Source: the human T2T-CHM13v2.0 reference genome, Homo sapiens
Strand: one strand, 5' to 3'
Assembly (NCBI RefSeq): GCF_009914755.1
Contig: NC_060941.1
Length of the DNA: 64,000 nucleotides
Shown: one piece after another, positions 1 to 9,464 of the stretch
How the letters are laid out: each line of letters begins with the position of its first letter
Numbering within the stretch: position 1 is the first letter of the stretch
Program-made: the position numbers and the translations under genes
The notes under the pieces: model-generated
What the model was told of the DNA's origin: nothing
What the model saw: only the letters and a program-made list of their open reading frames with translations
Database searches by the model: none

Positions 1-174
1 CGCATTTCCTTCACCGAGCTCCTCCGGAGTCCTTGCTGGTTGCTTCTTGGGACCCGCGAGCGTCTGGCCGAATCAGGCAGCCTTCTCTGGACTCCTGGGG
101 CGCCCTTGGTGGTCCTTCTCAGTGCCTTTTCCTTTGAGATTCTCCTTTTTCAAGTTCCGTGTCTCCTTCTGCAG

Positions 175-283
175 CAGAAACAAGCTCAAGACACAGCCTC
201 CGACCCCTCCGGGTGCCCCCCACCAAGCTGGCCAGATGGGTGGGCCGCTGCGGCCGGCAGCTGAGTGGGGGCTGGGTCCAGCA
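175..283 (+). CDS. ENGASE: ENGASE antepenultimate coding exon (..ETSSRHSLRPLRVPPTKLARWVGRCGRQLSGGWVQ(H))
   Basis: Pyrimidine tract then tandem CAGCAG acceptor (172-177), with donor CA|gtaagt at 284. Phase 2 joins the 561 exon in frame. Confidence 0.88.
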
Positions 284-560
284 GTAAGTCCCTCTGCTTC
301 TTCACGTCCTTCTCCCTCACTCAAGTCTCTGTTGGGAAACCCCAGAGCTGGAGGGATGGAGGGGCCCTGGGCTGGCCCCCAGGTTTTGGGCAGCTCTGAG
401 ACAGAAGCCCAGGACAGCTGCTGGGAGCCCTGCTGTCGGCCTGGGGTCCCCCATGACCCTGGGATGCATCTCCCTTCTGCTGTGGCTTGGGGCCTCTGGA
501 CGGCTCACCCTGGAGCCTCTGGGCTGAGCCCGGCCAGTGATCAGCCCTTTCGCCCCGTAG

Positions 561-675
561 CTGCTACGAGGTGAGCCTGCGTGGGTGCCTGCTGCTAGAC
601 CTCCTCGTTTGCTTCTCACGGCCGCCGGGTAGTCGGGAGGAGGAGAGCTTCACCTGTCGGCTTGGAGAGATCCAG
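561..675 (+). CDS. ENGASE: ENGASE penultimate exon (CYEVSLRGCLLLDLLVCFSRPPGSREEESFTCRLGEIQ)
   Basis: Acceptor ccccgtag|, donor CAG|gtgatg. Same frame as ORF 571..1290. Confidence 0.9.
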
Positions 676-873
676 GTGATGCTTCCCAGAGGGGCTCGGG
701 CTGGGCTGGCTGTTTGTCCAGCTGGAGTGGGGGTGGAGGCCGCCCCAGGCCGCCCCCTTCTTGGGTTCAGCGGGGAACTGGGGTGGAGGAGTCAGGGAGG
801 GGAAATGTGTGCGTGGGGGCACCCTCTCCCCGCCCCCGGGCGTCCAGCCGTGCTGAGCCTTCTCTCCTGCCAG

Positions 874-1290
874 GTGGTGGACGCTGCCAGCCTGCTGGCC
901 CCTCTGCCCCAGGTGCAGGCCGTCACCATCTCTCACATCCGCTGGCAGCCATCCGCCTCTGAGCGGGAGGGGCCCCCTGCTCTGCTCCAGCTCAGCTGCA
1001 CCCTGCACTGGTCCTTCCTCCTCTCACAAGTCCGTTGCTTCCGAATCCACTGCTGGGGAGGGATGAGTGATGACTCTCCGGGCAGGGAGCTGCCGAGGCC
1101 AGAGATGCCCATGTTCCTGGGGTTGGCTTTTGCCACCCAGTACCGGATAGTGGACCTGCTGGTGGAAGCCGCCGGGCCCGGCCAGGATCGTCGCATGGAA
1201 TTTCTGGTGGAGCCTGTCCCCAAGGAAGGGTTCCGGGTACCTCAGGCCGAGTGGGGCAGGGCAGTTCTGCTTTATTCAGCCCCTGCATGA
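874..1290 (+). CDS. ENGASE: ENGASE last coding exon, C-terminus of cytosolic endo-beta-N-acetylglucosaminidase (VVDAASLL...VLLYSAPA*)
   Basis: Acceptor tctctcctgccag|GTG and TGA at 1288-1290. The translation is recognisable as the ENGASE C-terminus. Confidence 0.92.
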   Translation: MVDAASLLAPLPQVQAVTISHIRWQPSASEREGPPALLQLSCTLHWSFLLSQVRCFRIHCWGGMSDDSPGRELPRPEMPMFLGLAFATQYRIVDLLVEAAGPGQDRRMEFLVEPVPKEGFRVPQAEWGRAVLLYSAPA

Positions 1291-2998
1291 GCGGATGCTA
1301 AGGCCGGGTGGTCTCCTGGCCTCGGGCTGAGGCCTCTTCCCGGCTGTCTGCCCCTGGCCTGCGCTGGACCTGCTAAGTGCCCACAGTGGCAGCGAGGTCC
1401 CGGTCCCGGGGCTGGGGTGGGAGACCCCGGGCTGAGTGCTGTGGCTTTCTGGTGGGGGGCGATGGAAACAGGAAACCAAGCAGTGGGATCGCAGCGTTGG
1501 TCACTGCGAGGCGAGTGGCGGGCTTTCTGTTTCTGCCTTGTCCCTCCCCACGGTACCTGGTTCCCAGGTGAAAATGAAAGGAGGGGAGAAGTTGAGAACA
1601 GAACATTCCATAAAGGATATTTCCTAATAGGCTGCAAGATGCTGATGCCGAGAATGATGATTTTCTTTCCTGCAGATGAAACTATTAGAAAGGGTCTTAG
1701 ATTGTGGCAGGTAGGCTTTGGAGCAGGCGCCGAGACATTTCTGAGCATGAGGACGAGCTACAGCAGCTCCTGGGGTGGGGCTGCCTGCGGGATGGCGGGA
1801 GAGGATGCCCTGGAGAACCGTCCTCCCAGTGTGGAAGGCCCTTTTCCCTGAGGAGTGGGCATTCTGGGCCAGCCGGCGCTGGCTTCGTGCCTCCACGTGG
1901 GCCAGCCCCAGCTGCTCCGTGTTTCCTGGCGTTGGCAATTTACTGTGCTGCTGAGTGTGAGGTCATCTCCGGAGCGTTTTCAGCAGCCCCTGGCTCTGCG
2001 GCGTCTCTTCCGGGCTGTGGGCATGCAGGGAAGTGGCTCTGAGGCAGTCTGCGCTGTGGCCCTGCCTCTGCCCAGCGAGAGGCCGTGGGCTCTGGACAAG
2101 CCGCCCTTCAGGCTGGGGTAGCAGGTCAGTCCAGGCAGGAAGCAGCACCTGCCCCCCGCGCCAGCCCAGCCCCAGCCTGAGTGCAGGAGCTGCAGGACCC
2201 GCGGGGGCTTTTCCAGCTACTCTGTTCCTTCACGTCCTCCCTTCTCAGCCTCGTCCAAGCACCGGGAAGACCTCCAGGCTGACCCCTTGAGCAGCAGTCA
2301 GCACAGGTGCGTGGGGGCGTGAGGGAGGCAGGGTCTTCACCACAGGCGCCTTCCTCTGTCCTTCCTGCTCTTTCTTCTCTGCCCAGGCCGCTGCAGCTGC
2401 ACAGCCTCTGCTACACCTGGGCTGCCTGGGAGGCTTCCTGGTGTGGTGTCTGGACCCCACGGCCTTGGGTCATCCTGTGGCTGGTCTGGGGTGGGGTCTG
2501 TTGTGGTCCTTCCACGGTGTCAGTGGCCTGAAGTCCCTCGCTTTTGGGGGGGGGGTCTCTCACCCCCAGGCCACATAGGGCCAGTGGTAGGGGTTCCCTC
2601 TATGTCGGGCAGTGCTGAGGGCTGGGATGCTCTGTGACCCCAGCTGGAGCCCACACCTAAGGGCTGGCATCCACATCATTTCACCCTGCAGTGAGGGAAG
2701 AGGCCACCAGGTGGCAGCACAGCCACACCCGTTCCCACGTCAGAGGAGGGCAAGGCTGGGTACTCAGCAGCCACTCTGAGCCGGGGCTCCTTCCAGGAGC
2801 TGAAATCCACCTGTCTCCATCTTCCTTGCCTGCCTGGGTACTCATGCCAAGCAGAGACTGGGATTAGGGGTTCTGTGCTCTTGCCTAATTAGGAACATTC
2901 TCCCATGTCTCTTGTGTGGTCCCAGAAGGAGAAGTGAGTTTGCCAAGGATATGGGGCAGGAGGCTCCCTCTGCTGACCCCCTGCAGCCTGGAGCCAGC

Positions 2999-3089
2999 CC
3001 GGGGACTGTCCTGGGTGGAGGGCAGGTGAACACAAGCTGCTGCCGGGGACTGTCCTGGGTGGACGGCAGGTGAACACAAGCGGCTGCCG
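2999..3089. repeat. 44-bp tandem duplication (2 copies) in the ENGASE 3'UTR
   Basis: ccggggactgtcctgggtgga(g/c)ggcaggtgaacacaagc(t/g)gctg starts at 2999 and at 3043. Confidence 0.9.
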
Positions 3090-3517
3090 CATGTAGCCAC
3101 TCACTCGACTTTTTTTCAGCTGTGACCATTCCCGGGAGCTCTTTGAGCCTTTCTGTCTCATTTGGAACCAGGGGGAACCAGGAAGGGGCTCCTGGCCTCT
3201 CTGTGTCCTCTGCAGTGGGGGTTGTGGGGGGCGCAGCATCCACGCCTTGCTGCCCTTCTTTCATGAAGTCTGTTTTTTAAGTGCTGGTTCCCCCGAATAT
3301 TTTATGCAGAGGAGGGAAAATTTATAGTGGCAATTATTTTCTCACAGTCTGGTGAGCAGGCAATTAATTAGGAGTAAGGGGGCCTAGTAGAGCGTGGCGT
3401 GTGGCAGAATCGCACCGCCCCGGCTCCCCAGCCCACCGCCATGCAGGGCTCGCGTGCGGGAAAACTAATATGCCGGCGTTTAAGCCTGTGCCCCTCTGCT
3501 GGGTGTAACTGCGCTGA

Positions 3518-3523
3518 AATAAA
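3518..3523 (+). terminator. ENGASE polyadenylation signal AATAAA
   Basis: Canonical hexamer with downstream ggtgtgatgg GU-rich element. Confidence 0.8.
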
Positions 3524-4307
3524 TGATCTGACAATGTGAAGCGTGCAGTCGAGTCCTGGTGTGATGGGGCGCGGGCAGCACCAGCCCGGCCCTGGATGCT
3601 GGCTCCCTGTCCAGCCCTGGCCCCAGCCCCAGGCTTCTGAGCTCTGGGTTCAGGTTCTGCCACTCGTCTTCCCATCTCCCCGCTCAGCTGAGCCTTTGCA
3701 GCTGTGCTCTAGCTCCTACCCACCTTCCAGGAGGGGTGACTGGGGCTGGCGAAGTGGGTTTACCTTGAAGCAACATGGCTCCTTGTGGGCCCCAACAACT
3801 CAGGCTACACCAGGCGTGCAGAACTGGCTGGAGCACCAGCCATCTATGCCTCTGTGCCATGTCCCCCCACCCTCCCAGCTCCGTGCTCTTTGTTGCACTG
3901 GGTCGACCAAGCACAGCTGTGTGGTCACCAGTTCTAACCTTTCTGCTTCCTGGGGTGCATTCTGCTCTGAGGTCACGCTGTGTCCAGCACATGCTGTAAC
4001 CAGGAAAGAAGGGTCCAGGGCTGGCCTCGACCTGAGTCCGAGAGGCAGGCCAGGCAGCACAGATATGCCATGAGCTGCCACCCACCCAGCCTATCCTGGG
4101 GTGGGATGCAGACGACCAGCCTGGACTTGAGGATTGGGACTGGAAAGTCTAGGGCCTTCTGACACCATTGCCACCTGGCTGTAGGCCAAGGCAGGGCTGC
4201 ATCCCGTCCTGGCCCCCGTCCTGCACCCTGGGCCGCTATGCCCTCCACCCACCATGCCCGGGAGCTGCCAGAGCATACAGAGTTGTCCTGGTTTGAAGAA
4301 AGAAATC

Positions 4308-4313
4308 TTTATT
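4308..4313 (-). terminator. RBFOX3 distal polyadenylation signal AATAAA
   Basis: tttatt on the + strand at the end of an AU-rich 3'UTR block. Confidence 0.8.
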
Positions 4314-4729
4314 AATAATCTTAATAATACTGTTAGTTTGAATGGTCACACCTTGGAAGCATACAGAATGGTAAGAAAGGAAGCCCGGGGCTCGGCTGCA
4401 GTCCTGGGGATCTGAGTGAGTCGGGGGGTTGAGCTGCTGCAAGAAAAGGGTCCGGAACAGCAGAGGGGACAGGGGGCTCTGTACAGAGGACAAAGCCGGA
4501 GGCAGGGCGTGGGGCTATGTACAACGGGAATAGAAAAGGAGAATTCCATTTCAATAGCTGATGCTGAATAGAAAGTGAGGTGTATTTTTAAATTTTTGAC
4601 ACTTCATGAGACAGTGGAGCCACGTTGGGAGCCTGTATTTTTTGCTGCTTCCCTACTTCAGTGCTCCCTGCCTCGCCAGGGGTTCCTCCCTGCCACCTGC
4701 TCTGCTCCTGCTCCTCCCACCGGGTAAGC

Positions 4730-4750
4730 CTGGCTGTCCTTGGTGCTGCT
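4730..4750 (-). promoter_or_regulatory. Candidate RE1/NRSE (REST site)
   Basis: AGCAGCACCAAGGACAGCCAG carries both core half-sites (CAGCACC and GGACAGC) with the canonical 2-nt spacer. Confidence 0.55.
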
Positions 4751-6901
4751 CCCGCCACCTGGACACCTGCCTTGGGAGCAGGGAAGGGGCCGGCCCAGGC
4801 TTCCCCATCCCTTGCCCTTCCCATGGGCCCCTGCTCTGGCTGTGCCCGTCCAGGCCCACAGCCACTGTGACTCCCAACCTCGCGATGCAGCCGGGCGCTG
4901 GCCCGTCCCTGGCCCTGGGCGCCCACGGTGGACTGGGCTCACAGGGGAGCGGCAGGGAGGGCTGGGTCCCAGCAGGCAGCACGAGGTCAGCCTTGGTGTA
5001 CACAGGCCCCGGGCCTCCTCCAGAAAGGGAGAGATGGCCAGGAAGAGCAAGTAAGTCCTTGGCCTCAGGGCCCACTTGGCCACACTTGGAGGTGTGAGGA
5101 GTGGCTCCTGGCTGGCTGGGCTTCCTTCGTCCTCCCATGGAGCGCCCCTGAGTCCTGGAGCCACGTCAGCCCTTTCTGTTGGGAGCTGGCCCCGGGGCTA
5201 CTGTTGGACGGCTTCCTCGCCAGGCTGGGGGCACGGGCGGGACTGCCGGGCAGGAGGGAGGTGGGACGCAGGGGACGCGACAGGAGGGTGACGGGGCCCA
5301 GTGGAGCCCCTGGGATGAAAGCTGCCCGCACCCCTCAGCCCCGCCGGCCCCCTGGCACAGCTGGCCACAAAGATCAAGTCTTGCTAGCAGCGCCTGCCTG
5401 CTCAGGCCCGGGCCTGCTCCGCCGCCGCTGGGCTCCACACTGTCTGTCTTGGGAGTTGGGGGCTGGGAAAGGAAGACTGGATGGAAAACAGAGCCCCCCA
5501 CGGGTCCCACAAGGGAGGCCCCTTCCCCTCCAACTCCCCCACTGCCTGAGACGGAGGGGCGTGTTCCCACTGTGCTGCCAGCCAGGACGCGGTGGGGCCG
5601 TCCTGTCCTGGGGCCGCTCCTCGGCGCCCCTGCCGGCGTGCTCCCTCGGTGCGGGCGTGTGGCCAGGACGCGGGACTTGGACTTGGTTGGATGCCTCTTG
5701 GTTTGGTTGGTTTTTTTTTTGTTGCTTGGATCTTAACATCTTTTTTTGTTTTTTTTGTTTTGTGATTTTTTTTGTTTTTTTGTTTTTGCCCTTCATGGTC
5801 CGAGAAGGAAACGGTGGAAGGTTTCACTACAACAGAAACAGAAAGGCAGGACTTGCAGCTTCTCGGGGGAGGCACAGCAGGTGTGAAGGCGACAGGACCA
5901 CGTGGCACGGGGCCCCTGGCCTAAAGTCCTGGCGCCGCCACACCTGCCCCCCAGGTTTCCAGGACCCTCATCTTCCAGGGCTGAGTGTGGGTGGATCCCA
6001 GGATGGGGCCCAGGCAGCCCAGGATGGGAGGAGACACCTGGGGCCCTGAGGAGGAGACAGAGCTGAGCAGGGCAGGGTGAGTGGAGAGGCTGGGCCAGCA
6101 CAGGCTTCGAGGCGGCCTGGATGAGATGGCAGAGGGTGATGGTCTGGCCACGGGAGGTGGGGGAGCCGGGCCCCCCACGGCAAGGGCCTGGTGGGCGGCA
6201 GGACTTCAGCCCTCACTGGTGGGGAACCCACACCCTCCAGCTGGCCTTCCAGCCCCAGGAGCCCAGCCGTGGCACACTCAGAACCTGAGGCTACTTTTCC
6301 CTGTCATGGAGGTACAGATCTGTGTGCCCCAGGCCAGTGCCAGGAAAGGACTGTGCCTGTCTTGGCTGGCTTTTCCTAGGCAGGCCAGCAAGCTGCCCAC
6401 GGCTGTGCTCAAGTGAGGTCCCAGCCAGTGTCTCCCCAGAAGCGCCATGCACCGGGCTGGCCAGTCCCAGGGCTGAGGAAGGAGTGGCCCGCAGGCCACA
6501 GGGCCCTGCCTGCAGTCTCCCTAATGCAGGGAGGGGACTGACCTGGGGCTGACCGGCCTGCGCTCAGGGGAGGGCCTGAGCAAGGGTGCATTCTGCCCCT
6601 CATCAGCTCTCCTGCCTGCTGAGGACCCCTCCTTCCGGAATATACCCCAATAAAGACATTTCGAAGCTTGGGGACAGGGAAAGTAGGCTGTGCCTCCAGG
6701 ACAACCCCCTTGCAAGGCTGGCCTGGCCTTGGCCCTGCGGTGCTAAGGGGCTCCCTGAGGAGCGACCAGGACGTGCCTTTCCACATTTCCACTTTCTGCT
6801 GCAGCAGTGCTAAGGAGTCGCAGAGACTGGCGTGACCACAGCAGTTTGCACACCACGCGACACGCTTGTGACTACGTCGGCAAGAAATATCGTCAATAAA
6901 A

Positions 6902-6907
6902 TTTAAT
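6902..6907 (-). terminator. Candidate proximal poly(A) signal ATTAAA for the NLS-exon isoform
   Basis: ATTAAA in an AU-rich patch, followed about 35-55 nt later by GU-rich gcgtgtcgcgtggtgtgc. Confidence 0.55.
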
Positions 6908-7537
6908 GAAAAATATTAGTTTCAGCTGAATGGGGCGAGGAGGGGCAGTGGCTACTCCTGTGGTTGGCTGGGTGAAGGCCTGCGGGAGCACCCTCAGGCC
7001 GGGGAGACCCACACTGGGTGCCTGGAGCCCCTCCCTCCCTGCGTCAGGGTGCTGGACACTAGGGCCATGGCACGGGGCTGGTCGGGTGGCTTTGGGGGAG
7101 GCCCTGCCAGGCGTTTCTGTTGTTCTGTGCAGCCTGGGAGGCCAGGAAATGTGGCTCTTGCCCTCATAGGGCGCTACCGCTACTCCCAGGTTGGGGGCTG
7201 CCTGGTCTCCTGGCCCAGCCTGGACCCCACGGTGTGCACACCGTACCTGCAATGGCTTGGGTAGTACAACATCAACAAAGTCAAAATAGGAAATCACGGT
7301 TGCAGACATACAGGAAAAACCAGGGTCAAAGACACACACACCAGCACAGGTGGGGTGGGGAGACCAACTGGCTGGAGAGAAATAATCTATAGATTTTAGA
7401 GTTGCAGGGGGCCAGCCGTGCGTGTCGCTGACCGGGAGGGGTGCACTGTCTTCTGGTGGCTGTGCCTGGTTTTGGGCTGTTGGGTTTGGTGTGTAATAGG
7501 CAGTCAGTGTGAATGCTGTTAGGGGCTGGGTCTCTTG

Positions 7538-7582
7538 CTAGTAGGGGGTGAAGCGGCTGTACCCTCCTCGGCAGAGGCTAGC
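7538..7582 (-). CDS. RBFOX3: RBFOX3 alternative terminal coding segment ASLCRGGYSRFTPY* (PY-NLS)
   Basis: Acceptor gatgttgcag|GCT is phase 0, matching the 9386 donor. The peptide matches the RBFOX-family RGGYxRFxPY C-terminus. Confidence 0.88.
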   Translation of the reverse strand, partial: ASLCRGGYSRFTPY

Positions 7583-8731
7583 CTGCAACATCAAAGATGA
7601 AAAACAGCCAATCAGTACCGTCTTTTGGAAGAGGGGAAAAAGCAAAAAGAAAAAAAAAAAGGAAAAACAAAAAGAGAAATAGCCAAGTCTCGATTTCTTT
7701 CCCCCTATATTCCTTGGGGAGAAAGGAGTTGGGTTGTCATGGCAACAGGAAGAGTAGGACCTGCCTCTGACATAGTGGTCTTGGGCCAGTGTGGGGTGCT
7801 CTGGGGTCATGGCCAACAGTGCTTCTAGGTCACAGCTTGAGTTATGTCTGGGTCACTTCTCTGGGCTCAGGCCTGGCCTCTCACTGTCCTTATGCAGAGG
7901 GGGGGTCCCAGCTTGAGCCCCACCTCCTCGCACCCCAGCAGGGTGGCACGGGGCATCTTCAGAGCACTGAGGGACCTCCTGGCGGGTTCCTGGGCCTTGG
8001 CTCAAGAGCCTGGGGCCACTGAAGCCAGCTACGCTGGGAGAGGCAAGCCTGCTGGGCATAGTGTTCAGAGCCTTGCTCTCTGGGGGGGTCTCTGGGTCCT
8101 CCTGGGCCCACCTGAGGCCCAGCCCTGTCCTACTGGGGAGAGCGGGTCCTGGATGCTCCAGCTCTCCCATGTCCTGGGCTGCCTCCAGTCAGGGAAGGCT
8201 CTGAAGGGGCCTCCCACCCTCCCACCACCCAGTTTTCCCAGAAAAGAACAACACAGCAAGTGCAAGAGAAGAAAAATTGGGGAAAAATAGAAAATCTTAA
8301 AAATACAAAGTGAAAACACAAGAGGGAACCCTCCGTGCGTTAATGAAAGCTTTTAGCTTGCAGCTGCACGGAGGGCCCAAGAGCCAGGGTATCACACCTC
8401 CATCCGGGTGGGGCCGCACCAGACCCGCGCCTGTGGCTGCCCACAGCCACCACAGGCTGCTGGGGGTGTCTGAGGCTCGTTAAAAATTGAAAAAAAAAAA
8501 AAAAATTGGAGGGAGTCATCAAAACCAAGAAAGATGGGAAAAATCCATATTGCCTCTGAACCTCCTCCCTCCTCACTCTCCCAAGATGTTTTCATCTTTG
8601 ATGCTGGATGCCAAGCTAGCTAAAACCCGTGTTCACACCCCGGGGCTGGGGCCAGTGGGTACAGGAGGCAGGTGTCTGCTGGAAGCAGCTCTGGGTGCAG
8701 AGTGAGCTGGGCTGCACGTGTCAACAGCTGG

Positions 8732-8732
<1 letters not shown>

Positions 8733-8762
<30 letters not shown>
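8733..8762. repeat. (CA)n microsatellite
   Basis: About 15 CA units. Confidence 0.95.
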
Positions 8763-8765
<3 letters not shown>

Positions 8766-9385
8766 ACACGCCACGCCGCGCACCTCCCCGCCCCGCCCCT
8801 TCCACCCCACAGCCTGAGGGAGGAGGCTGGGGCAGAGCAGGCACTGTTTCCCCAGGACGCCAGGAGCCCCCAGGAAGCCAGGAGCTAGAGCCTGGTGAGA
8901 AGCAACCGGTAACCCACACTCCCCTCTCGGATGCGATGCGAGGGGGCTGCAGCAGTGCGGGTGGGCCGTGGGTATGCGGTGTGGGCAGAAACAGCCCCGG
9001 GGCCTTGGGAGCCTCTGCTGGGAAGGAGAGGCGGCCCTGGTTTGGTTTCTGAGGTTTTCCTGGTGGAAATGGGAATGGAGGGGCCTCAACGGGACTTTAT
9101 TATAGTGAGGGAGCTCAGGGAAACGGATCAGGCACATTGGGGTGCTTTCCAGAGGACCAGATGGTACGGTGGGCTGACCAGCCATTCAACCTGCTTCCCC
9201 GCAACTGAGAGGGCGTGAGGGGCCAGCCCTCCCCTCACCCTAACTCACATCCAGGCCGTGGTCCTTCCAAAGTCTCCGGGACCAAGGCATTGGTCAGAGG
9301 GCTCGGCCTCTCCCCCAAGGGCCTCACCACCCATGCCCAGCTGTTAGGACTGGCACCCAGGGCTGGGCGGGCCTGGGCTCCTTAC

Positions 9386-9464
9386 CATGGTTCCAATGCT
9401 GTAGGTCGCCGCGGGCCCGATGGTGTGATGGTACGGGTCGGCAGCTGCGTAGACTCTGCCGTAA
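9386..9464 (-). CDS. RBFOX3: RBFOX3 exon, 79 nt ((S)YGRVYAAADPYHHTIGPAATYSIGTM)
   Basis: Acceptor ttccctag|, donor ATG|gtaagg. Confidence 0.95.

Larger units (their letters stand above)
1291..3545 (+). other. ENGASE: ENGASE 3'UTR (end approximate)
   Basis: Runs from the stop codon to just past the first AATAAA at 3518-3523, which is followed by GT-rich sequence. Confidence 0.75.
4290..5826 (-). other. RBFOX3: RBFOX3 distal last exon: TGA stop (5824-5826) plus 3'UTR
   Basis: Acceptor ctgtttctgttgtag|TGA. Splicing from the 9386 donor (ACC ATG|) gives ...GTM*, the 312-aa form without the NLS. The 3' end is approximate. Confidence 0.85.

Noticed and set aside
4928-6049. 373-aa + strand ORF
   Set aside because: Antisense to the RBFOX3 3'UTR, GC-rich, runs through a poly-T tract, and has no recognisable domain.
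8329-8375. Hairpin as a pre-miRNA
   Set aside because: The stem is too short and interrupted for Drosha/Dicer. It is kept only as local structure.
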